NCBI GenBank assembly: GCA_963693365.1
Contig: CAVNZM010000001.1
Coordinates: forward strand, 5,720,907-5,784,906
Direction: 5' to 3'
From: Amoebidium appalachense
Taxonomy: Eukaryota > Protista > Ichthyosporea
DNA length: 64,000 nucleotides
Positions 1-13,831 of this stretch are shown here, piece after piece. Position 1 is the stretch's first letter. Every line of letters begins with the position of its first letter. The notes under the pieces are model-generated. The model made no database searches, was not told the origin of the DNA, and was given only the letters and a program-made list of their open reading frames with translations. The translations under genes were made by a program, and so were the position numbers.

Positions 1-11
1 TCCTCCCCCCA

Positions 12-93
<82 letters not shown>

Positions 94-343
94 CCGCCTA
101 CATGACCTACACACTGCGTTCTTGATTTCAATAGCCACACAGTAAGGCTCCTACTCTTACTACTTCCAACAAAATACACTTAGTGTCAGGGGTTGGCCTA
201 CATAATCGTGCTAGATTGTGTTCTGAGCCCTTGATTAGAGGCACAAACTCTCGTCGTTTGCTGTGTCTTTGTCTCACTTTTTGTCGCCAATTCTCATAAA
301 GCCAGTCGAGACGGCTGAGAAAGCCCACACCAATGGCTACAAG

Positions 344-405
<62 letters not shown>

Positions 406-2252
406 GCGCGCGCGTGCGCACATGCATGTGGTTAGTGTGGGCATGCGGGCCGCACATCCGTCCACGTTTTTTTAATGTGTATACCACCACCACTGCATGC
501 ACACAAGCACAAACTCCTTGCCTACAGCAACTCTGACAACCCCCCTATACCTGCACCCCCATTAGGCCACCAAACAGCCTTCTGAGCTACAACAACACAC
601 TAAACCAACCAATAAAATCTACACTAACAATTCACCTAAAATCCAATCCGACTCAACTAAAACCCACGGGAAGTTGAACCAAATTCAAATCTCCTCAAAT
701 AAAACTTCAACCAACGAGTAAAGACCTTGACTAGAACACTAACCGACTCTGACTCAACACTCTGACCCGATCCGACCCGTTTACCTCGAGTGTTCTCGGG
801 TTGCTGTTGTCTTCGTGGCACAGACTTGAGCTCCATCAGCACCCGATAGAACAGCCCCTGTAGCTCACTGTCGCTAGCCTGCGCCAGCCACACACTCTGC
901 CAATCAAAATCCAGCATCAGTGTGTTTCTGTATTTCTATTGGTTGCAGAACAGGTGTTTTAAAACTGAGAGGTTGAATGTGTCTGTGCGTATGTGAAAGT
1001 GTGCACGTGTGTGTGTGTGCACGTGTGTGTGTGTACGTGTGTGTGTGTGTGTGTGTGTGTGGGTAGGTGGATGTGTGCGTGTGTGCTTGCGCAGGTGCAT
1101 GTGTGTGTTTGTGTGGTTGGGGGGGATGACAACGAACCCAAAATACTCCCGACCGCTGTAAGACAAACACGGCTACACGGGGTGTGAGGTTGCATGTGTC
1201 AATAATCACCACCCTTCCCCCCCTCCCCCCCCCTCCGCCCCTCTTTACAAAAAAAAAAAAAGAAGAAGAAGAAAAGAAAAAAAAGAAAGGAAGAAGGAAC
1301 GAGCGAAAGAAAGAAAGACAGGAGGAGAGGCAGAGAGGGGGGGGGGGGGGGGGGAGGACAAGGACAAGGACGAAAAAGAGAAATGGGGGGGGGGGGGGGG
1401 GTTTGAATGCGGAACACAGTACGAAGTACGCATACACGATGAGAAGTATGGTGCAGGACACATGCAAAGGCAAACATTCAAGTATGCAACATCAACCATG
1501 CGCACAGTATGCGTCATAAGCAGAGCCCATCCTCAGGGAGGGCCCGGGGGGGGGGGAGGGGGGGGGGGAGGGGGGAGTGACTCACCTCAAGAAATCGGTA
1601 GTTTTCAGTAAAAATTCATTTGACTTGCTTCCTGTGAGAAAACAAGGGAAAGAACGTTTGGTTATCGGGGATCAATGCACGGGTAACAATTGAGACACAA
1701 CTTACAACAGTGTCCGCTTTGACGTATGATACGTGCCCATTATTCATGTCTAAAACGAATCTAAATGCCAGAATGCAACCTGTGACCCCAGTCTTACTAG
1801 TCTCTCAAAAAAACCTCAAATAAGGAAAGGGGAAACATGCAGGGTATGCGCGTGTTGGTTTTTCCCTCTTTTCCTTCCTTTTTTCTTCCCCTTCGTGTGT
1901 GCATATGTGCGCGTGCACGCCTCTGGGGTGGTGGTGGTAATGGTGTGGGCGGGTGGATGGGTGGATGGGTGGGTGGGTGGATGGGTGGGTGGGTGGGTGG
2001 GTGGGTGGGGAGAGGGGGGGGGGGGGGGGGGGGAGGAAGGGGGGGGGAAGGGGCATACTCTGCATACCAGCAACAGTCGAGGACAATCAACAGGTCGAAG
2101 CTAATTTGCCCCCGTGTCTTCTCTGTGTTTGGGAGGGGAAGGTGAAAGGGGAGGAAAGGGGGGGGGGGGGGGGGGGGGGGGGGGGAAGAGTGTGATGGTT
2201 GAGGATATTAGATACATACATTTATGTATATTAGTACATATGCAGTCTCTTG

Positions 2253-2292
<40 letters not shown>

Positions 2293-2541
2293 GGCAATTT
2301 GGTGAACTCCCTGCAAGCCGCATCCCTGATCGGCTGCTTCTAACTGTGATATCCACATATGCCGGATGAAGCCTTCCGAGCCACTATTCTTCATACAACT
2401 CCCAATGGACACGTATTTATGCAGTTGTATGTACATGAAAAGCTTGCTAATGAAGTAAACTAGGTAGAATCAAAGATGCCCCAAGGTGATTGTGTGTGTA
2501 CGGGTGATTGTTGTGTGTGCATGTGCATGTGTGTGCATGTG

Positions 2542-2637
<96 letters not shown>

Positions 2638-3321
2638 TGCGCGCGCGCGTGCGTGCGCGTGTGCATGCATGCATGCGTGCGTGCATGCAAACGTGTGTGA
2701 GTGCATGTGTGTGTCCGAGCGTGCACGAGCAAGTGTGCATGCTTGCACATGCATGTGTGTGCGAGTGTATCCTTTGTGCGCGTGTGCTTGCATGTGTGTG
2801 TTTGTGTGTGTGTTCTTATAAAGTGCGTGTGTTCTTGTACGGTGTATGCATGTGCATGTGTGCATGTGCATGTGCTGCGGGGGGGAGAGGGGAGGGGGGG
2901 GAGGGGGGAGGGGGTAAATGTGGGAGCACACGCTATATAGCATCATACCTACGAGAAGATGGTTGTGACCGTAGCACTGTAACCAGTTTTGATTTCGGTT
3001 TCTTCTTCTTCTCCCTTCCCCATAACTTCCCGACCACCACCACCACCACCTCTTTGACCTGATAGTGATGTTTTTGTGGTTATGGTGGCAGTGATGGTTT
3101 TTCTTATTTTTTTTCTTTTTCTTTTTCTTTGGCATTGGGGGAAGAGAGAAGGGGGGGGGGGGGGGGGGGGGGGGGGGTGATGTATGTGTTAGAGGGTTGG
3201 AAATATGGAGGAGACAACAAAGAGCAACAACAAAACGTCACAAAAGTGGGACACCCAAAATCAAACAATTTAAGATTGCAGGCAGAAGGCACTTGAAAAG
3301 AGCCCATCATCAGGGGGGGCT

Positions 3322-3355
<34 letters not shown>

Positions 3356-4037
3356 GAGAATGATGAAACAAAAAAAAGCAAAGAGAAAAAAAAAAGATAT
3401 GTCGTGCCGAGTAAATCATAGCAGTTTGAAAGTAGCAAGACGTATGAAGGAGGGAGACATGTGTATGTGTGGCTGCTAGTGTGTGGGTGGGGAGGGGAGA
3501 TGGGGGGGGGGAGGGGGAATGCTTTACATGGCAGTGTAGCTACTAACACGAAATGGTAAGAGTTCATACAAGCTACGTGCACGAGGGGACATGAAAGCAT
3601 GCACATCAATTACGTGTAAGCTTTCCCCGGAAAAGGGGGAGAGGGGGGGGGGGGGGGGGGGTATTAGGAAGGAAGGATTACCATAAACAGAGATTGGAGT
3701 GGAGGAAGATGCGGCCTGGGACAGATACCACATGGTGGTGATGAGAGAGGACTCGGTCTCCTTGGTCACCAGAGACTAGGGGAGAGAGGGGGGGGGGGGG
3801 GGGGGGGGGGGGGGAGGGGGGGGGGGGGGGAGGTGTGGGACGGGTGGGCAAGAGGTAGGGAATGGGGAGCAGGCGGAGGCGGGGAGGGAGGGGGGGGGGG
3901 GGGGGGGGGGGCTGGGGCCAATGGGGGAGGGGAGGGGGATGGGAGTTGGTAAGGATGGATGGGTGAGGGGACGGGAAGGAAGCAGTGTGAATGAGGATGT
4001 GGACAGGTTAACAATGACTGTGAAGGACAAAACAAGG

Positions 4038-4070
<33 letters not shown>

Positions 4071-4191
4071 CTGGATTCCAGCGTATGGATGTGTATGTGC
4101 ATCGTCCTAGTTGTTTGCTATTTCGCTTTTCCTTTTCTTTGGTCTTTCTTTCCTTCCTTCTTTCTTTCTTTTCTTTATCTTTTTTTTTTTT

Positions 4192-4233
<42 letters not shown>

Positions 4234-4330
4234 CTGCACAGGGGAGCTCACAAGTGTTTGTGTGGATAAGATGGGTTGGGTTGGTGCGGGTGAGGTGTGT
4301 GATAGTGGTGCTGGTGGTTTTTTTTTTTTT

Positions 4331-4361
<31 letters not shown>

Positions 4362-4633
4362 TAAATACTTGTACAGCTATGACATTGGCAAAGGTCACTG
4401 TCTTCGGGAATGTGGTTGCTAAGGCCTCAGCCAATAGGAGGACAGCAAATGTCGGCTTGTGGAGGGAATGGGCCAATCGTTTGTTGAATCCAAGATTGCA
4501 GGCGTCCAATACATTCTTGCGGCATGCATTGGTCAGTGCAAGGGAGGTTTCTCGGGTGGAGTAGCCAAGGAGGTCATAGGTCACCACTGTGTATGTGTGT
4601 GTGTGGGTGGGTGGTGGGGATGGGTGGGTGGGT

Positions 4634-4669
<36 letters not shown>

Positions 4670-5537
4670 ATAGTATGGGTATGCATTTGGGTGTGTAGAT
4701 GTGCATGTGTGTGTGGAGGGGGTTGGTAGGTGGGTGGGTGGTTAAACGGAAGAAATCAGCCAAAAAGAGTGCAAGGGATACGGGTAAGGGGGGGGGGGGG
4801 GGGGGGGGGGGTAGGTGGGGATGTGCAGGTTGCTTGTGCATGGCACGTGTGAGGGGTTGTGTGCAAGTTGTTCGTATGTGTGTGTGTGTTGTCCATGCGT
4901 TCTTCAACATGTGTGTGTGTACAACCCATTGTTCGCTTGTTCCGGCAATTACACATGCACGACCAGCACATATTATCATCGATAAGAGATAAGGAGCACT
5001 CCAGCGTGCCGAAGGGGGGGGAGGGGGAGAGGGGGAGGGGGGGGGGGGGGTCGCATGGAACAGCGTCAGGGAAACTGTGGTAGTCTTTAGCGTGCCACAA
5101 GCAATATGCTTTTGTGCGTGTGTGTGTGCCTGTCTGTTTTTCTGTATGTGTGTGTGTGCACCTGCATATGGAAATGCCTTCGTAAGCAGCTGCATGCTGC
5201 AATATGAACGATATAGGGACGTGTACACCTCAGTGTCTGCAAGTGCATCCGTGCCAACATCATCTTTCATGTCCGAGCACACACACATTCACGTGAATTC
5301 ATGTTACGGCATTCACACCCACCCCTCGTGCCGTTCACCACACCCATAAATGGCTCGCACAGATTTCCAAACCTCGCATAGTGTTCGTCCAATAGCCGGT
5401 GGATGGCAACCAGATCACCGTCCAGTTTGGTGATCGAACTGTCGTCAATCTGTAGTTGACAGGGATTTTGTGGAAAGAAAAGACGTGGAGGGGGGGGGGG
5501 GGGGGGGGAGGGGGTGGTGGGAGGGGAATGTGTGTTT

Positions 5538-5580
<43 letters not shown>

Positions 5581-6292
5581 ACATAACATGGGGTAACCAT
5601 CAGTGTCGGGCTTGAAAATCCAGATGGATGGATGTGTATTTAGATTGCTTGGGCACGTGTATGTGAGTGGATGGTTGTGGTTCAATATGTGATAGGTTGT
5701 TTGGCTAGTAGGTGAATATGGGTGGGTAGGTCAGCAGATGGTGGTTCATAGTTAGGTATACGGGGTCCCTCTGTGTAGGAGTGGGGCACGTGAGTTTGAT
5801 TGTCGTTGTTGTTTTGCCATCTGTTTTACTTCCTTTTTTTGGGGGGGGGGGAGGGGGGGAGGTGGTGGGGGCTTTGGTGTCGGGTAGAGGTTAAACTCGC
5901 TTCTGAGATAGTACGCTTGTATGAAGACCCTAAATACACGCTTGCTCTGTACTGGTGATAATAGGCGCACCACACATGAAATGCCACTCAAGAGTGCAAA
6001 TAAGGTGGTACTTGCTCCGCGCAGAATGCTGGAACACTTTCAGATGTGCCAATTTCCAGGGCTGCAGAGATTGGGGAAGGGTTGTATTATTGTGGCTAAC
6101 TGACTCGGTGTTTTGCAGCGTGTGAGTTAAGAATGTGTGTGCTTCAATTTGCGTCCCCACTTGAGAAGTTTATTTTGTTTTCAGCACCGTGGGCGAGAAG
6201 TGGAAGGTAAACCCACTCTAGAGTTACCACAGCCGGATCGACCCACGAGCGAGAGGTGGCTGGTGTATCAAACTTGCGCCAAAATTTGCCAG

Positions 6293-6356
<64 letters not shown>

Positions 6357-6490
6357 GCACGCGCGTGCGTGCGTGCGTGTATGTGTGTGGTGTGTGTGTG
6401 CGCGCGCGCAAGTGTGTGTGTGTGTGTGTGAGCTGTGTATGTGTGTGTGTGTGTGTGTGTGTGCATGCAAGTGTCTCTCTCTCTCTTTCC

Positions 6491-6535
<45 letters not shown>

Positions 6536-8154
6536 TGTGTGGGTGTGGGTGTGCAAGCGTACGTGCAGGTGTGCATGTGCCTCTATCCGTGTGCGTATGT
6601 ACATTTGTGTGCTTAGGGATATATGAGCGGGAAACGGGGTGGGAGGGGGGAGGGGGGAAGGGCAGAGCAAGGGTGGGTGTATATGTGTAAAGTGAGCGGG
6701 GTATAGAGAGAGGTCGGTGTATGCGCATGTGCTTTCGTACGAGTAAGTCCATGTGTGTGCTCTTGTGTGTCTGCATATGCACGTGAGTAAATGGGCAGGT
6801 TCTTTTTGCAGGAATTTGAGAGCAAGTGCGTGCATGTGTCTGTGTGAGTGCGTGTGGGTGTCAACAATAGCGTGCTTTCATGCACAGGCAGGTGGCTCTT
6901 TTCTGTGACTTTCGCTATACAGGTGTATTTTTGCCGGCAGCGCAGATCTGTATTTTTGTCCGCACGTACCGTGCGGTTGCGCCTTGTGTTGACACTAAAA
7001 AAAGAAGAGGTTATGGTGCATGAGGGCAAGGATTTTTCCCCTGCCATTTTGGTTTTCTGTTCTTTCTCACACTCACACGAGAGACAGCCGAACAACCGCA
7101 TGTAAAAGATGGGGAATGGGGGGGAAGGTGGGAGGAAGGTGGGGGGGAGAGAAGGGGAGGGGAGGGGGGTGGGGGGGGGAGGGGCGGATGACCTGATACA
7201 CCGTGGGCTGGGGGGTCGTCCCAGTCGTCTCCATCGTCGTCCAGAAAAGGGTCCATGTTGTGGTAACTGCAGGAAAGAGGGGCTAGAGTGGTACCTGAAA
7301 ATTGGAAAGGGGAGCAATGAAATGCTTGATGGTGGGTAGATAGTATGGGTATGCATTTGGGTGTGTAGATGTGCATGTGTGTGTGGAGGGGTTGGTAGGT
7401 GGGTGGGTGGTTAAACGGAAGAAATCAGCCAAAAAGAGTGCAAGGGATACGGGTAAGGGAGGGGGGGGGGGGGGGGGGTAGGTGGGGATGTGCAGGTTGC
7501 TTGTGCATGGCACGTGTGAGGGGTTGTGTGCAAGTTGTTCGTATGTGTGTGTGTGTTGTCCATGCGTTCTTCAACATGTGTGTGTGTACAACCCATTGTT
7601 CGCTTGTTCCGGCAATTACACATGCACGACCAGCACATATTATCATCGATAAGAGATAAGGAGCACTCCAGCGTGCCGAAGGGGGGGGAGGGGGGAGAGG
7701 GGGGAGGGGGGGGGGGGGTCGCATGGAACAGCGTCAGGGAAACTGTGGTAGTCTTTAGCGTGCCACAAGCAATATGCTTTTGTGCGTGTGTGTGTGCCTG
7801 TCTGTTTTTCTGTATGTGTGTGTGTGCACCTGCATATGGAAATGCCTTCGTAAGCAGCTGCATGCTGCAATATGAACGATATAGGGACGTGTACACCTCA
7901 GTGTCTGCAAGTGCATCCGTGCCAACATCATCTTTCATGTCCGAGCACACACACATTCACGTGAATTCATGTTACGGCATTCACACCCACCCCTCGTGCC
8001 GTTCACCACACCCATAAATGGCTCGCACAGATTTCCAAACCCCGCATAGTGTTCGTCCAATAGCCGGTGGATGGCAACCAGATCACCGTCCAGTTTGGTG
8101 ATCGAACTGTCGTCAATCTGTAGTTGACAGGGATTTTGTGGAAAGAAAAGACGT

Positions 8155-8189
<35 letters not shown>

Positions 8190-8215
8190 GGGTGGTGGGA
8201 GGGGAATGTGTGTTT

Positions 8216-8254
<39 letters not shown>

Positions 8255-8967
8255 ACATAACATGGGGTAACCATGAGTGTCGGGCTTGAAAATCCAGATG
8301 GATGGATGTGTATTTAGATTGCTTGGGCACGTGTATGTGAGTGGATGGTTGTGGTTCAATATGTGATAGGTTGTTTGGCTAGTAGGTGAATATGGGTGGG
8401 TAGGTCAGCAGATGGTGGTTCATAGTTAGGTATACGGGGTCCCTCTGTGTAGGAGTGGGGCACGTGAGTTTGATTGTCGTTGTTGTTTTGCCATCTGTTT
8501 TACTTCCTTTTTTTTGGGGGGGGGGGGGGGGGGGAGGTGGTGGGGGCTTTGGTGTCGGGTAGAGGTTAAACTCGCTTCTGAGATAGTACGCTTGTATGAA
8601 GACCCTAAATACACGCTTGCTCTGTACTGGTGATAATAGGCGCACCACACATGAAATGCCACTCAAGAGTGCAAATAAGGTGGTACTTGCTCCGCGCAGA
8701 ATGCTGGAACACTTTCAGATGTGCCAATTTCCAGGGCTGCAGAGATTGGGGAAGGGTTGTATTATTGTGGCTAACTGACTCGGTGTTTTGCAGCGTGTGA
8801 GTTAAGAATGTGTGTGCTTCAATTTGCGTCCCCACTTGAGAAGTTTATTTTGTTTTCAGCACCGTGGGCGAGAAGTGGAAGGTAAACCCACTCTAGAGTT
8901 ACCACAGCCGGATCGACCCACGAGCGAGAGGTGGCTGGTGTATCAAACTTGCGCCAAAATTTGCCAG

Positions 8968-9026
<59 letters not shown>

Positions 9027-9158
9027 CGCGCACGCGCGTGCGTGCGTGCGTGTATGTGTGTGGTGTGTGTGTGCGCGCGCGCAAGTGTGTGTGTGTGTGT
9101 GTGAGCTGTGTATGTGTGTGTGTGTGTGTGTGTGCATGCAAGTGTCTCTCTCTCTCTT

Positions 9159-9230
<72 letters not shown>

Positions 9231-10151
9231 TGTGTGGGTGTGGGTGTGCAAGCGTACGTGCAGGTGTGCATGTGCCTCTATCCGTGTGCGTATGTACATT
9301 TGTGTGCTTAGGGATATATGAGCGGGAAACGGGGTGGGAGGGGGGAGGGGGGAAGGGCAGAGCAAGGGTGGGTGTATATGTGTAAAGTGAGCGGGGTATA
9401 GAGAGAGGTCGGTGTATGCGCATGTGCTTTCGTACGAGTAAGTCCATGTGTGTGCTCTTGTGTGTCTGCATATGCACGTGAGTAAATGGGCAGGTTCTTT
9501 TTGCAGGAATTTGAGAGCAAGTGCGTGCATGTGTCTGTGTGAGTGCGTGTGGGTGTCAACAATAGCGTGCTTTCATGCACAGGCAGGTGGCTCTTTTCTG
9601 TGACTTTCGCTATACAGGTGTATTTTTGCCGGCAGCGCAGATCTGTATTTTTGTCCGCACGTACCGTGCGGTTGCGCCTTGTGTTGACACTAAAAAAAGA
9701 AGAGGTTATGGTGCATGAGGGCAAGGATTTTTCCCCTGCCATTTTGGTTTTCTGTTCTTTCTCACACTCACACGAGAGACAGCCGAACAACCGCATGTAA
9801 AGATGGGGAATGGGGGGGAAGGTGGGAGGAAGGTGGGGGGGAGAGAAGGGGAGGGGAGGGGGGTGGGGGGGGAGGGGGCGGATGACCTGATACACCGTGG
9901 GCTGGGGGGTCGTCCCAGTCGTCTCCATCGTCGTCCAGAAAAGGGTCCATGTTGTGGTAACTGCAGGAAAGAGGGGCTAGAGTGGTACCTGAAAATTGGA
10001 AAGGGGAGCAATGAAATGCTTGATGGTGGGTAGATAGTATGGGTATGCATTTGGGTGTGTAGATGTGCATGTGTGTGTGGAGGGGTTGGTAGGTGGGTGG
10101 GTGGTTAAACGGAAGAAATCAGCCAAAAAGAGTGCAAGGGATACGGGTAAG

Positions 10152-10183
<32 letters not shown>

Positions 10184-11660
10184 TAGGTGGGGATGTGCAG
10201 GTTGCTTGTGCATGGCACGTGTGAGGGGTTGTGTGCAAGTTGTTCGTATGTGTGTGTGTGTTGTCCATGCGTTCTTCAACATGTGTGTGTGTACAACCCA
10301 TTGTTCGCTTGTTCCGGCAATTACACATGCACGACCAGCACATATTATCATCGATAAGAGATAAGGAGCACTCCAGCGTGCCGAAGGGGGGAGGGGGGAG
10401 AGGGGGAGGGGGGGGGGGGGGGGTCGCATGGAACAGCGTCAGGGAAACTGTGGTAGTCTTTAGCGTGCCACAAGCAATATGCTTTTGTGCGTGTGTGTGT
10501 GCCTGTCTGTTTTTCTGTATGTGTGTGTGTGCACCTGCATATGGAAATGCCTTCGTAAGCAGCTGCATGCTGCAATATGAACGATATAGGGACGTGTACA
10601 CCTCAGTGTCTGCAAGTGCATCCGTGCCAACATCATCTTTCATGTCCGAGCACACACACATTCACGTGACGTGAATTCATGTTACGGCATTCACACCCAC
10701 CCCTCGTGCCGTTCACCACACCCATAAATGGCTCGCACAGATTTCCAAACCCCGCATAGTGTTCGTCCAATAGCCGGTGGATGGCAACCAGATCACCGTC
10801 CAGTTTGGTGATCGAACTGTCGTCAATCTGTAGTTGACAGGGATTTTGTGGAAAGAAAAGACGTGGAGGGGGGGGGGGGGGGGGGGGGGGGGGGAGGGGT
10901 GGTGGGAGGGGAATGTGTGTTTATTGGGGGGGGGGGGGGGGGGGGGCAACATAACATGGGGTAACCATGAGTGTCGGGCTTGAAAATCCAGATGGATGGA
11001 TGTGTATTTAGATTGCTTGGGCACGTGTATGTGAGTGGATGGTTGTGGTTCAATATGTGATAGGTTGTTTGGCTAGTAGGTGAATATGGGTGGGTAGGTC
11101 AGCAGATGGTGGTTCATAGTTAGGTATACGGGGTCCCTCTGTGTAGGAGTGGGGCACGTGAGTTTGATTGTCGTTGTTGTTTTGCCATCTGTTTTACTTC
11201 CTTTTTTTTGGGGGGGGGGAGGGGGGGAGGTGGTGGGGGCTTTGGTGTCGGGTAGAGGTTAAACTCGCTTCTGAGATAGTACGCTTGTATGAAGACCCTA
11301 AATACACGCTTGCTCTGTACTGGTGATAATAGGCGCACCACACATGAAATGCCACTCAAGAGTGCAAATAAGGTGGTACTTGCTCCGCGCAGAATGCTGG
11401 AACACTTTCAGATGTGCCAATTTCCAGGGCTGCAGAGATTGGGGAAGGGTTGTATTATTGTGGCTAACTGACTCGGTGTTTTGCAGCGTGTGAGTTAAGA
11501 ATGTGTGTGCTTCAATTTGCGTCCCCACTTGAGAAGTTTATTTTGTTTTCAGCACCGTGGGCGAGAAGTGGAAGGTAAACCCACTCTAGAGTTACCACAG
11601 CCGGATCGACCCACGAGCGAGAGGTGGCTGGTGTATCAAACTTGCGCCAAAATTTGCCAG

Positions 11661-11721
<61 letters not shown>

Positions 11722-11851
11722 CGCGCACGCGCGTGCGTGCGTGCGTGTATGTGTGTGGTGTGTGTGTGCGCGCGCGCAAGTGTGTGTGTGTGTGTGTGAG
11801 CTGTGTATGTGTGTGTGTGTGTGTGTGTGCATGCAAGTGTCTCTCTCTCTC

Positions 11852-11924
<73 letters not shown>

Positions 11925-12682
11925 TGTGTGGGTGTGGGTGTGCAAGCGTACGTGCAGGTGTGCATGTGCCTCTATCCGTGTGCGTATGTACATTTGTGTG
12001 CTTAGGGATATATGAGCGGGAAACGGGGTGGGAGGGGGGAGGGGGGAAGGGCAGAGCAAGGGTGGGTGTATATGTGTAAAGTGAGCGGGGTATAGAGAGA
12101 GGTCGGTGTATGCGCATGTGCTTTCGTACGAGTAAGTCCATGTGTGTGCTCTTGTGTGTCTGCATATGCACGTGAGTAAATGGGCAGGTTCTTTTTGCAG
12201 GAATTTGAGAGCAAGTGCGTGCATGTGTCTGTGTGAGTGCGTGTGGGTGTCAACAATAGCGTGCTTTCATGCACAGGCAGGTGGCTCTTTTCTGTGACTT
12301 TCGCTATACAGGTGTATTTTTGCCGGCAGCGCAGATTCTGTATTTTTGTCCGCACGTACCGTGCGGTTGCGCCTTGTGTTGACACTAAAAAAAGAAGAGG
12401 TTATGGTGCATGAGGGCAAGGATTTTTCCCCTGCCATTTTGGTTTTCTGTTCTTTCTCACACTCACACGAGAGACAGCCGAACAACCGCATGTAAAAGAT
12501 GGGGAATGGGGGGGAAGGTGGGAGGAAGGTGGGGGGGAGAGAAGGGGAGGGGAGGGGGGTGGGGGGGAGGGGCGGATGACCTGATACACCGTGGGCTGGG
12601 GGGTCGTCCCAGTCGTCTCCATCGTCGTCCAGAAAAGGGTCCATGTTGTGGTAACTGCAGGAAAGAGGGGCTAGAGTGGTAC
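1..12682 (-). CDS. Multi-exon gene of unknown function; 5' exon block triplicated; continues off the left edge
   Basis: GT-AG exons, most joining in phase: 7294-7193 ([34 protein letters not shown]; also in repeat copies 2 and 3, ATG at 12644 in the upstream copy), ~5449-5344 ([35 protein letters not shown]), 5236-5162 ([25 protein letters not shown]), ~4586-4375 ([30 protein letters not shown]...TFANVIA), ~3775-3681 ([31 protein letters not shown]), ~1632-1586 ([15 protein letters not shown]), ~927-785 ([17 protein letters not shown]...QQPENTR), ~337-279 ([20 protein letters not shown]), ~150-111. Middle exons at ~6.0-7.0 kb and 2-3 kb are not resolved. No family recognised. Confidence 0.65.
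1402..1545 (-). mobile_element. ~145-bp dispersed SINE-like element embedded in poly-G (copy A)
   Basis: Differs from 35220-35363 at 4 of 144 nt. G-runs on both sides; GC hairpin at one end. Confidence 0.75.
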
Positions 12683-12723
12683 CTGAAAATTGGAAAGGGG
12701 AGCAATGAAATGCTTGATGGTGG
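4670..12723. repeat. Three head-to-tail near-identical ~2.67-2.69 kb units (4670-7335, 7340-10029, 10034-12723)
   Basis: The same unique sequence recurs three times (e.g. atagtatgggtatgcatttggg at 4670, 7340, 10034). Both internal junctions read gatggtgg|gtag|atagtatggg. Units differ in homopolymer/microsatellite lengths and a few SNPs/indels. Confidence 0.97.
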
Positions 12724-13831
12724 CCATGGGGCGTAGGACTAAATGGCTCTTTAGAACACCTCCGTTCTATAGTCACGATGATGATACCGCCTTGGGCCAA
12801 CCAAGCTTGGAGGCCTTGGGGCCAACCGGCTCAACTCTGCACCAAGGCCTCCTATTGTAGGAGGCCTTGCTCTGCACCTGCCAGTTGTCAAAGAGAACCA
12901 GAGCTTGCTGTTCTTGCCAATATAGAGCGGATTGGTCTATGTTTTGTTTGCGCAAACATTTTGGGTGTTTGGTTGGCGTTGATTGGCGCAGAGTGCACCA
13001 CTGAGCCACCAATGCGCACTGTTGGACAACCGAGCTGCCGCAAACGCCATCATGCACCGGGTGTCGAACAGGTGTTTCCAAGACCGTCAAATGTGCACTC
13101 TTACTAGAAGCGCCTAGAACCAAACTATCTACATAGCTAATTCACATACGCCATGCATGCATTTTGTAGTAGCGCACGCGCACACGTGTACAAGTACACG
13201 TGACAATAATCAGAATATCGGCAGTAGATGTCGCAAAGCCATGATGCATGCATCATCATGCATATGCATGCGCATGCTCGGAGCAAAGGCGTTTTCCCAG
13301 GCAGAAGAAGCTCGTTCATGCGGATTACGCCATGCTGATTTGGCCAATGTTTCTGCTTTTTGTAGCACACACCGAAGAAATTTACTTGAAACAGTACAGT
13401 TTGTCCACAGAAGCAGTTCTCCCTCTCAGTTTGCATCGTCGACGCTTGTTATGCATGTGGTATATGTAAGTTCCCTTTTGTCACTTGGAAACACTCCTGT
13501 TAGCAACAGGCGTCATGTAAATTTGCAGGAACTAGAACCCTAACATGCAAGAGGTTTGTATGCCGGAAAAAAAGTCGAAAAACATTGGTCTGTTGATACC
13601 GTATTTTGCCTTACTGTATGCAGCATGCACTTAATAAAATTTGTAGCTGATCATTCCTTTGATAAACAACCAAAACAGCCCTCTGTCTCTGTTTGATTTC
13701 GATTACTTCACATGTTCAGACTGTTCAATTAATACCAGTATTCCTTCACATGTTCAGACTGCCAACTTTTTAAGAAAACAGGAAGTTTTCCTGGAAACTT
13801 GCAAGTCGAAGTTGTGCACCTGAAGTTGAAA
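12724..13831. promoter_or_regulatory. Divergent intergenic/promoter region with CCAAT boxes and a perfect hairpin
   Basis: Microsatellite-free. ATTGG/CCAAT at ~12931, ~12982, ~13009. 12-bp perfect inverted repeat at 12843-12869. Lies between two divergently oriented genes. Confidence 0.5.

Noticed and set aside
4670-12723. 2.7-kb repeats as LTRs, a transposon array or CRISPR
   Set aside because: Units are directly adjacent, contain host exons and introns, and have no TIR, TSD, TG..CA ends or repeat-spacer structure.
13705-13762. 18-bp direct repeat cttcacatgttcagactg as a target-site duplication
   Set aside because: Only about 21 nt lie between the copies; more likely a local slippage duplication.
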